DNA of 56,763 bases. Origin: Alphaproteobacteria bacterium. GTDB lineage: Bacteria; Pseudomonadota; Alphaproteobacteria; ATCC43930; CGMCC-115725. Below the pieces are notes generated by a model. It was given only the letters and a program-made list of their open reading frames with translations. It was not told where the DNA came from and made no database searches. The DNA lies in assembly GCA_021324875.1 (NCBI GenBank), contig JAJPIH010000110.1, positions 1 to 56,763 of the forward strand, in the 5' to 3' direction. The translations under genes were made by a program, and so were the position numbers. Positions 31,231 through 38,650 of this stretch are shown here, piece by piece; position 1 is the first letter of the stretch, and each line of letters opens with the position of its first letter.

Positions 31231-33282
31231 TCACGCCGGTTCAAACAGACACCGGCGCAGCCCGCGTTCGAGCGTCAGCCCGACGACCAGAACCAAGCCG
31301 GCGACACCGACCAGATAAACCCGATCGAGCCAGGGCGGGGCGTAATCGGCGAAAAAGCTCGCGCGGAACCAATCCACCGCCTGCAACACCGGGTTCCAGG
31401 CAAGGCGGTTGCGGATCCAGTCGGGCATCATCGCCGGCACGTAAAAGATGCCGGAGCAGAAATACAAAATCCGGGTCAGCTGCGCCCAAATCTTATCCCA
31501 GGACTTGGCGAAAGCGTTGACCACCGCGTTCACAAATCCGCACCCGCAGGCGAAGAGCCACACCGCCACTACCGCCGCGGCGACCCCGGCAAAATCGCGC
31601 GGGCAGCCGCCCAGTCCGGCGGCCGTGAACCCGGCCAACAGGATCGCGGCGACGACGATGTCGGTGACCAATTCGAGCAAGCCGCGGGCGATGATCACGT
31701 CAAAGGTGCTGACGAGCGGCAATTGCAGCAACGCCGTGTTGGCGCTGACGGCGTAGGTCATGCTGCTGCTGGTATGAACAAAAATGTGATAAGGGATGAT
31801 TCCCGTATAATAGAAAATGAAGAATTGGTTGCCGATTGGCGGTCGGCCATGCATCAATACCGCAAACACTAACGACAACATCAATATGTGCATAATCGGT
31901 TCAAGCAATGCCCAACCGTAACCAAGGATCGAGTCGCCAAAGCGGGTGCGGGTTTCACGAATGATCAGCGCCAGAATGACACGGCATTGGGTGGTTGCGG
32001 CGGCCGACAACCGCGGGCATGGCGTCGCCCGCACCGGTGCGGCGCATTTCTCGCCGAGAACCAGGTAGTCGCCTTCTAACGTCTCGAACCTGCGGCTCAA
32101 AACCGTCATCACCGCTTGTGCGTATTCCTCATTGTCGGGAGCGGTGCGGATCAGATCGCCGCCGACCGCCAGCGCTTCGCGAAAGCGACCGCTGTCGAAC
32201 AACACGTTCAGCTGCGAGCGCTTGGGCGCCGGATTGTCAGGCTCAAGCTGCGCGGCTTGCGCAAAGGCCGCTGCCGCTTCATCGAATTGCGCGAGGCGAT
32301 AGAGCAGGTTACCGCGATGCTGATGGTATTCGGCGTTGGCCGGGGCGAGCGCCACTGCCCGATCGATCGCCGCGAGCGCCGCCTCGGGCCGCCCGGCTTG
32401 CATATGCGCCGCCGACAGCAGGCGAAAGCCGATCGGGTCCGCGCCGTTGCGGGCGAGTGCCGCGGCGATCAGCTCCGCGGCCGAGTCAAAACGTCCGCAA
32501 CGCAGCAGCACTTCGGTCGCGTGGTGGGCGTTGACGGCGTGCTCCGGAGCCAGGCGAAGGGCGCGCAACGCCGTCTCGACAGCCCGCTCGTGATCGCCGG
32601 CGCCAAGTGCCGCCGTCGATAGCGGCCGCAATACCGCCGGATCGTCGGGGGCAATTGCGACCGCGCGCGCAAAGCAGCCAAGAGCGCCGTGGAAACGTCC
32701 GGCCTCGATGTTGAGCGAGCCGGCATGAAGGGCAAATTCGAGGCTGTGGGGCTCGAGTTCACTGGCGCGCAATGCGTGATGGATCGCGCGGTCGAGATCG
32801 CCGACGAGTGCATACGCCCCACTGGCATGGCGATGCCCCGCCGCCCAGCCGGGCTTCAAGTAAAGGAGCTTCTCGTAGGCCGCGGCGGCGGCGCCATGAC
32901 AGCCGCTGTTGCTGAACAGCCAGGCGCAAAAATCGACCGTCGCGGCGCTCTCAGGGGCCAGCTCAAAGGCCCGTTGGGCCAAGCCGACGGCCGCGGCCGG
33001 TTCGCCGTCGTAATAGAGCGCTTCGGCGCGTCGGCAGAAATCGGCAGCGGCGGCGGCGCGCTCGGCCGCGTTGTCACGGTCGGCTGTATTGCTTGGTTCG
33101 CTCGCGACGGGCGCGCCAGCCGCGCCCGACCCCGAAGCGGGTCGGCCGGGATCGCTGCGGCGCTCGCGCTGTTCCTGGTCGCCAGGCAGTCTCATCGGTG
33201 CGTCCGACCCGGGCGGTGCCATCCGCGGCGGCAAGATCATCACGTCGGCAGCTGTCAACCGGGCAATCCCGGCGCTGATCAC
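31231..33282 (-). CDS. kpsM: TPR-repeat domain fused to capsule ABC-2 exporter permease KpsM
   Basis: A single uninterrupted 683-codon frame. Residues about 80-390 are clear TPR repeats. Residues about 392-683 are an ABC-2/KpsM permease (IRETRTRFG, WNPV). An internal in-frame ATG at 32109 could also yield a stand-alone KpsM. The 5' start (GTG 33282) is uncertain. Confidence 0.8.
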   Translation of the reverse strand: MISAGIARLTAADVMILPPRMAPPGSDAPMRLPGDQEQRERRSDPGRPASGSGAAGAPVASEPSNTADRDNAAERAAAAADFCRRAEALYYDGEPAAAVGLAQRAFELAPESAATVDFCAWLFSNSGCHGAAAAAYEKLLYLKPGWAAGHRHASGAYALVGDLDRAIHHALRASELEPHSLEFALHAGSLNIEAGRFHGALGCFARAVAIAPDDPAVLRPLSTAALGAGDHERAVETALRALRLAPEHAVNAHHATEVLLRCGRFDSAAELIAAALARNGADPIGFRLLSAAHMQAGRPEAALAAIDRAVALAPANAEYHQHRGNLLYRLAQFDEAAAAFAQAAQLEPDNPAPKRSQLNVLFDSGRFREALAVGGDLIRTAPDNEEYAQAVMTVLSRRFETLEGDYLVLGEKCAAPVRATPCPRLSAAATTQCRVILALIIRETRTRFGDSILGYGWALLEPIMHILMLSLVFAVLMHGRPPIGNQFFIFYYTGIIPYHIFVHTSSSMTYAVSANTALLQLPLVSTFDVIIARGLLELVTDIVVAAILLAGFTAAGLGGCPRDFAGVAAAVVAVWLFACGCGFVNAVVNAFAKSWDKIWAQLTRILYFCSGIFYVPAMMPDWIRNRLAWNPVLQAVDWFRASFFADYAPPWLDRVYLVGVAGLVLVVGLTLERGLRRCLFEPA

Positions 33283-33676
33283 TGCCAGCTGTTTGGTTAA
33301 TCTCCATTGCCGGCGTCAGACGCGAGTCGTTGCACCGTCCTCAATACGTCCAAAAGTCAAACATTTGTTAAATAGTTTATGGTCCCGGTCTTACCGACCA
33401 GGGACTTGCGCGATGGATTTGGTTGCGCAAGGCGACATGGTTGGAACGAGAAGTGAACTTCTATTGTGCCGGGGTGTGGGCGGCGGTTGCCCGAGCCGCT
33501 GACCCGCGGCAGCCCCGGCAAACGGGGGCCGCTTAACTCCCTGCCGCAGCGCCGCATTTCTCTCTGGTCAGGCGAAAGGCGCAACCGTAATCTGCCCTTT
33601 GGCCGGCGGCGCGCGGCGCCGGGGGCCAGGGCGTCGGGCAGGCGGTTGCGTCCGCTCCGCGAGGGAGAAAAAAACG

Positions 33677-34732
33677 ATGGCGTTCGAATTCGGCATGTTC
33701 CACGAGTTTCAGCGCACCGCCGAGCTGTCGCAGCCGGCCGCGTTTGCCCGCTCCTTTGCCGAGGTCGATGCCGCCGAACGCTGGGGCCTGGACGCGATGT
33801 GGCTCGCCGAGATCCACGTCGCTCCCGAACGTTCGGTCTGCGCCGCGCCGCTGACGATCGCCGGCGCGATTGCGGCCCGCACCCGCCGGCTCAAGATCGG
33901 CACCGCCGTGCAGGTTCTGCCGTTGTGCCATCCGCTGCGCATCGCCGAGGAAGCGGCGACGGTCGACCAGATCAGCGAAGGGCGGCTGATCTTTGGCGTC
34001 GGCCGCAGCGGTTTCCCGCGGACCTACGAGGCCTATGGGGTTCCCTATGGCGAGAGCCGCGAGCGCTTTGCCGAGACGCTCGAGATCTTGAAGCGCGCCT
34101 GGACCGAAGACAGCTTTTCGTATGCCGGCCGGTTTTACAAATTCGACAATGTCCGGCTGTCGCCAAAGCCGGTGCAGAAGCCGTGGCCCGAGATCCGCAT
34201 CGCCGCCAACAGTCCCGACACCTTCCCGGCGATCGGCAGGCTCGGTCACGGCGTGTTTGTCGCGGTGCGGCTCGGCACCTTGTCCGAACTGGCGCCCAAT
34301 ATCCGCGCCTATCGCGAGGCGTGGCGGGCGGCCGGACATCCCGGCGATGGCCGGGTATTTCTGCGCGCCCCGGTCTATGTCGCCGACACCGCCGAACAAG
34401 CGCGCCGCGAACCGGAAGAAAGCATCATGTATTTCTACCGTTATCTCGGCGAGCGGCTTGAGGATTCGGCGACCCGCGCCGGGGTGCGGGCGATCGAGGA
34501 CCGGGCGGCGCGCGGGCGTCGTCTGCAGACAATCACCTATGACGAAGCGTTGCGCGACAAGATGATCGTCGGCACCCCCGAAGCGGTCACCGACCGGCTA
34601 ATGCAGCTGAGGGAAGAGCTGGGGCTCGACGGCATCCTCGCCGAGATGAATTGCGGCACCAAGATCCCGCATGAGCGGGTCATGCGATCGTTGCAGCTGT
34701 TGTGCGAGAAAGTGAAACCCCGGTTCAACTGA
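33677..34732 (+). CDS. LLM-class (luciferase-like) flavin-dependent oxidoreductase
   Basis: 351 aa. Pattern FG.F.EF......AE..G.D..W..EHH-like, GRLIFGVGRSG, and a TIM-barrel LLM pattern. ATG 33677 follows GAGGGAGAA. Confidence 0.85.
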   Translation: MAFEFGMFHEFQRTAELSQPAAFARSFAEVDAAERWGLDAMWLAEIHVAPERSVCAAPLTIAGAIAARTRRLKIGTAVQVLPLCHPLRIAEEAATVDQISEGRLIFGVGRSGFPRTYEAYGVPYGESRERFAETLEILKRAWTEDSFSYAGRFYKFDNVRLSPKPVQKPWPEIRIAANSPDTFPAIGRLGHGVFVAVRLGTLSELAPNIRAYREAWRAAGHPGDGRVFLRAPVYVADTAEQARREPEESIMYFYRYLGERLEDSATRAGVRAIEDRAARGRRLQTITYDEALRDKMIVGTPEAVTDRLMQLREELGLDGILAEMNCGTKIPHERVMRSLQLLCEKVKPRFN

Positions 34733-34905
34733 TGGATGTCGGAAGTCGCGTCCGCGCGACAGCGCCTTCCGGTGCGCTGATCGCTTTTGGCCGGCGCGAC
34801 GGCTTAACGCAAGCGCAAAACCGGCGCGGCATTCCGGGCTGACTCGCCCTCGATCACGCGGCATCGGAGTCGGGGCTGGCGCCCGGGTGCGAGGGCATGC
34901 GGCTA

Positions 34906-34924
34906 TATTTGGCCTTATTTGGCC
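34906..34924 (+). promoter_or_regulatory. direct repeat TATTTGGCC-T-TATTTGGCC (10-bp register)
   Basis: Read directly. It is an AT-richer patch in the 433-nt intergenic region, about 240 nt upstream of GTG 35166. Function is inferred only. Confidence 0.3.
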
Positions 34925-35165
34925 GCGTCGCCTCGGGCTTCCACCTGCATATCTGGCGAGCCGGCGACAATCGCGGTTGCCGCTAGGCCGTGCCGGCCGC
35001 CGCCCTCCTGAGCTCCCCGCCCCAAACGCGTGGGCGTGCTCAGGATTGCCGCGGGTGATCGCTTCGGAACACGGTCATCCCGTTGGGTTGACCTGCCCAT
35101 TCGGCCGGTGGCGGCCGCCTCCGGGTATTCCCATCCTTCTGCTCGAAGTGTGAGAGGAGAAGGAT

Positions 35166-36074
35166 GTGACGGAACCTGCAGAAGACATGTTGAGCCGTCT
35201 TTCAAAGGCGCTTGCGGCGCGCGCTGCGGCGGCCGGCCCGCTGGTAGCCAGCGTCGCGGTTCGCGGCCGCGAGCGCCTTTCCGGCACGCTGTGGCGCCAG
35301 GGCCTTGTCGTCGTTTCCGAACAGGCCTTGCCGCGGCGGTTCGACGAGGCCGAGGTGAGGCTCGCCGACGGCCGGCGGCTCGACGCCCGACTGGCCGGCC
35401 GCGATCCGGCGACCAATGTCGCGCTGTTGCGCGTTGGCGAGGCGGCGGCGCCGGCCTGGTCGCCGGCGGCAGATCCGCAGCCGGGAGCGCTGGCGATGAC
35501 GCTTGGCGTCGACGGCGCGGGCGCGAGTTCGGTGCGGGTGGGCGCCATTCGTCATGTCGGCCCCGAATGGCACAGCCGCGCCGGCGGGCGGATCGATCGC
35601 CGGATCATGCTCGATCTGCGGATCGAACCCAGCGAAGAGGGCGGGCCGGTCATCGACATGACGGGCGGGCTTCTCGGCATCTCGACCTTGGGGCCGCGCC
35701 GGCGGCTGCTGGTGATCCCGACCGCGACGGTTGAGCGGGTGCTCGAGCCGTTGGCCCATAATGGGCGCATCGCCCGCGGCTGGCTCGGGGTCGCCGTACA
35801 GCGCGTTACGGTGCCGGAGGAGTTACGGGCCGCGGCCGGTCAGACCGAGGGGCTGATGGCGCTGGCGGTCGCCGAAAACGGGCCGGCGGCCGCGGCCGGG
35901 GTGCTTATGGGCGACATTCTTGTTGCCCTTGACGGGACCGGTTTGACCGGCATGACCCGCCTCGCCGGGCTGTTGGGCGCCGAGGCGGTTGGCAAGCGCT
36001 TCGCGCTGCGGCTGATCCGCGCCGGCGCGGTACACTCGGTCGAGGTCACCATCGCCGAGCGGCCGTCACAATGA
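35166..36074 (+). CDS. HtrA/DegP-like trypsin-fold + PDZ protein with a substituted catalytic triad (predicted inactive)
   Basis: The fold motifs align by eye to HtrA: GLVVVSEQAL vs G.IITN.HV, TNVALLRV vs TDLAVLK, and LDLRIEPSEEGGPV vs TDASINPGNSGGPL. A PDZ region (GLMALAVAENGPAAAAGVLMGDILVALDG) follows. The aligned triad positions are Q53/N84/E158. The N-terminus is acidic with no obvious signal peptide. GTG start behind GAGAGGAGAAGG. Confidence 0.7.
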   Translation: MTEPAEDMLSRLSKALAARAAAAGPLVASVAVRGRERLSGTLWRQGLVVVSEQALPRRFDEAEVRLADGRRLDARLAGRDPATNVALLRVGEAAAPAWSPAADPQPGALAMTLGVDGAGASSVRVGAIRHVGPEWHSRAGGRIDRRIMLDLRIEPSEEGGPVIDMTGGLLGISTLGPRRRLLVIPTATVERVLEPLAHNGRIARGWLGVAVQRVTVPEELRAAAGQTEGLMALAVAENGPAAAAGVLMGDILVALDGTGLTGMTRLAGLLGAEAVGKRFALRLIRAGAVHSVEVTIAERPSQ

Positions 36075-36616
36075 GCACGGCGCGCCCGGATCCCGGCGCG
36101 CTGCGACTGCGGGTCGCGGTCGTCGCGGCCGGCGACGGCGTCGCGGCGCGGCTGGCCGCGCGCGTGGTCGAGAGCGGGCATCATCCGGTCGCTGCCGGCG
36201 AGCCTTGCGATGTGCTGTTGACCGATGGTGCCGGCGCTGCCGGCGGTGTGCCGGCGGTCGCCATTGGTGTCGAGGCTGACGATTTTGCCGGGCTACTGCC
36301 CGCCGATGCCGGGCCGGCGGCCCTCGACGCGGCGCTGCGCGCGGTGGCCGCGGGACTGTGCGTAAGGCCGGCGCAGAGCCTGTCGCCAGGTTTTGCCGCG
36401 CTCTCTGAGGAACCCGCACCGGTGCTGACGCCGCGCGAAGTCGAGGTTCTGGCGGCGCTGGCCGAGGGTCTCGGCACCAAGGCGGTTGCCCGCCGCCTCG
36501 CGATTTCGCCGCATACGGTCAAATTTCATATCGAGGGCCTGTTTCGCAAACTCGACGCCGCGACCCGCGCCGAGGCCGTCGCCAAGGGTTTACGGCGCCA
36601 AATCGTCGAGTTCTGA
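36071..36616 (+). CDS. LuxR/GerE-type HTH transcriptional regulator with a degenerate receiver-like N-terminal domain
   Basis: The C-terminus LTPREVEVLAALAEGLGTKAVARRLAISPHTVKFHIEGLFRKL is a canonical GerE HTH. The N-terminus has a receiver-like strand pattern (RVAVVAAGD.., CDVLLTDG) but lacks the DD pair and the conserved Lys. The ATG overlaps the upstream stop (ATGA). Confidence 0.8.
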   Translation: MSTARPDPGALRLRVAVVAAGDGVAARLAARVVESGHHPVAAGEPCDVLLTDGAGAAGGVPAVAIGVEADDFAGLLPADAGPAALDAALRAVAAGLCVRPAQSLSPGFAALSEEPAPVLTPREVEVLAALAEGLGTKAVARRLAISPHTVKFHIEGLFRKLDAATRAEAVAKGLRRQIVEF

Positions 36617-36633
36617 AACGGGTTGTCGTTGGC

Positions 36634-36657
36634 GGGGCGCAAATCGCAACGCGCCCC
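36634..36657 (+). terminator. GC hairpin after the LuxR-type gene (weak terminator candidate)
   Basis: GGGGCGC-N10-GCGCCCC lies 18 nt after the stop. No U-tract follows. Confidence 0.25.
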
Positions 36658-36743
36658 CCGCGGCGCTCGCAGATCGCCCGATCGCACCATCCGATCGCGA
36701 TACGCAAGGCTATCACGAGTGCAGCGCATTTCCATGATCAGCC

Positions 36744-36764
36744 AATATGCTCTATTAGCATATT
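36744..36764. promoter_or_regulatory. perfect inverted repeat AATATGCT-N5-AGCATATT (candidate operator)
   Basis: Read directly. It sits in an AT-rich patch that ends 32 nt upstream of the MFS transporter ATG 36796 and lies 128 nt downstream of the LuxR-type gene. Confidence 0.4.
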
Positions 36765-36795
36765 TCCTGCGCAATCCGATCTCGGGAGGAGCGCC

Positions 36796-38103
36796 ATGAC
36801 CCGCACGGTCGAGCAATCGGCTATGCGCAAAGTTTACTTGCGTATAATGCCGTTCGCGATCCTGACCTATTTCTTTTGTTATCTCGACCGCATCAACGTT
36901 GGTTTTGCGGCCTTGACGATGAACAAGGACATCGGCCTGGATCCGGCGATGTACGGCATGGCGGCCGGCGCCTTTTTCTGGGGCTATGTGCTGTTCGAGG
37001 TGCCGAGCAACATCATTCTTGAACAGGTCGGGGCGCGGCTGTGGATCGCGCGGATCATGGTGACCTGGGGGCTGATTTCCGGCGCCACGGCCCTGGCGCG
37101 CGGCCCGCTGAGCTTTATGGCGATCCGCTTTCTGCTTGGTCTTGCCGAGGCCGGGCTGTTCCCCGGCTTTGTGCTGTACTTTACTTATTGGTTTCCCGAC
37201 GCGCATCGGGCTCGCATCAATTCCGGTTTCACGCTGGCTTTGCCGATTGCGGTTGCGAGCGGCGCCCCGGTGTCGACGGCGCTGCTCGGTCTCGACGGTT
37301 TTTTGGGGCTGCGCGGCTGGCAGGTGATGTATATTTTCGAGGCGATCCCGACCGTGCTGATCGGGATTGTGGCATTCTTCTATCTGACCGATCGGCCGGC
37401 CGAGGCGCACTGGCTCACGCCCGCGGAACAGGGCTGGCTGGACCAGACGATCGCCCATGAGCGGCGGCGCATCGAGACCCATCACGGCGTCGGGCTGTGG
37501 CGCTCGTTTTTCGACCCGAAAGTGCTGCTGCTGTCGTTGAATTACATTGGCATTGTCACCGCCAGCCTCGGTTTGCTGCTGTTCCTTCCGCAAATCATCA
37601 AAGGCTTGGGCGTCAGCAACATGCAGGTCGGGTGGCTGACGATGATCCCCTATATCGCCGGCGCGATCAGCATGATCGTGTGTGGTTGGATCTCCGACCG
37701 GATCGGCGACCGCCGCTGGAGCTTGTTTGTGACCTGTGTGATCTCGACGGCGGGATTGGTTTTTGCCGGGCTGACCGTTGGCAGCTGGTGGTCGCTCGTC
37801 GGCGTCGTCGTCGCAACGATCGGCTTCTACGGCACCAAAGGGCCGTTCTGGTCGATGCCGACGATGTTTCTGACCGGGCCCGCCGCCGCTGCCGGCATCG
37901 CCTGGATCAACTCGCTCGGCAATCTCGGCGGCTTTTTCGGGCCGAGCATCGTTGGCTGGGCGAAACAGCTGTCGGGCAGCTTTGCTGGCGGCCTCTATGC
38001 GCTCGCCTTGTTCGCGCTGCTCTCGGCGGTCGTATCGTTGTTCGGGCTCAGAATTCGCGACGCGATCAGGACGCCGGAAACAGCGGTGCTGCTCGCCGAA
38101 TAG
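36796..38103 (+). CDS. MFS transporter, anion:cation symporter (ACS; tartrate/phthalate-type) family
   Basis: 435 aa with 12 TM helices. Motifs YLDRINVGFA and FLLGLAEAGLFPG are typical of the ACS subfamily. GGGAGGAG SD. Confidence 0.9.
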   Translation: MTRTVEQSAMRKVYLRIMPFAILTYFFCYLDRINVGFAALTMNKDIGLDPAMYGMAAGAFFWGYVLFEVPSNIILEQVGARLWIARIMVTWGLISGATALARGPLSFMAIRFLLGLAEAGLFPGFVLYFTYWFPDAHRARINSGFTLALPIAVASGAPVSTALLGLDGFLGLRGWQVMYIFEAIPTVLIGIVAFFYLTDRPAEAHWLTPAEQGWLDQTIAHERRRIETHHGVGLWRSFFDPKVLLLSLNYIGIVTASLGLLLFLPQIIKGLGVSNMQVGWLTMIPYIAGAISMIVCGWISDRIGDRRWSLFVTCVISTAGLVFAGLTVGSWWSLVGVVVATIGFYGTKGPFWSMPTMFLTGPAAAAGIAWINSLGNLGGFFGPSIVGWAKQLSGSFAGGLYALALFALLSAVVSLFGLRIRDAIRTPETAVLLAE

Positions 38104-38382
38104 CCGATCGCCGGCGGTGTGCTCGCCGCCCGCGAACCCCAAAGCGGCGAAAGCGAGCGTGCGATTATCGGCTGGTCCGGGAAGTAAGGTCCGGAAATAA
38201 CGATCCGGCATTCCCGGCCCGGATCGGCCGTGGCTTGCGCCCAGGCCCGGACCTGCGGCAACCGATACAAATTTCGTGCCACGCCCAAGGAACAGCGGTC
38301 CGCGCGAGTGCGCGGCCGCAATTGCCACTTGACGGCGACAAGCCGGACGACGACAAGGCTTTGGGTCACCTTTGGAAGGGCT

Positions 38383-38637
38383 ATGTCCGAACCGTCAGAC
38401 GCCGGCAGCGGGAAGATCTTGGCGAGGCTCGCCTGCCGGCTGCTGCGAGCGATCGGTGATTTGGTGCAATTATTGGCGTTGTCTATTTTTTACTATGGCG
38501 TGCTGACGCCGCTCGCGGTCCTGCTGCGGCTCGCCGGTCGCGACCGGTTGCGGCTCGAACCGGGCCCATCGCTCGCGACCTATTGGGTGGAACGGCCGGC
38601 CGCCGCGCGCCAAACCGACATGACCCGCCAGCGCTAG
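38383..38637 (+). CDS. small hydrophobic protein preceding the carbamoyltransferase (84 aa)
   Basis: ATG 38383 follows GGAAGGG. One or two hydrophobic helices (LVQLLALSIFYYGVLTPLAVLL). The stop is 13 nt before the carbamoyltransferase ATG. Family not recognised with confidence. Confidence 0.5.
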   Translation: MSEPSDAGSGKILARLACRLLRAIGDLVQLLALSIFYYGVLTPLAVLLRLAGRDRLRLEPGPSLATYWVERPAAARQTDMTRQR

Positions 38638-38650
38638 CGCCTGCCGGCCA

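Noticed and set aside
33283-33676. A JUMPStart/ops (GGCGGTAG) antitermination element in the kps operon leader
   Set aside because: The ops octamer is absent on the relevant strand. Only a generic AT-rich promoter-like patch (about 33350-33400) is present.
33466-34461. A 331-aa plus-strand ORF and a 288-aa minus-strand ORF overlapping the LLM oxidoreductase gene
   Set aside because: They are alternate frames of the LLM gene. Only the 33677..34732 frame shows family motifs and an SD.
36526-38328. A 600-aa minus-strand ORF, the third-longest ORF in the track
   Set aside because: It lies entirely antisense to the well-supported MFS transporter. Its composition is Arg/Pro/Gly/Asp-rich with no motifs, which marks it as a GC-rich shadow ORF.
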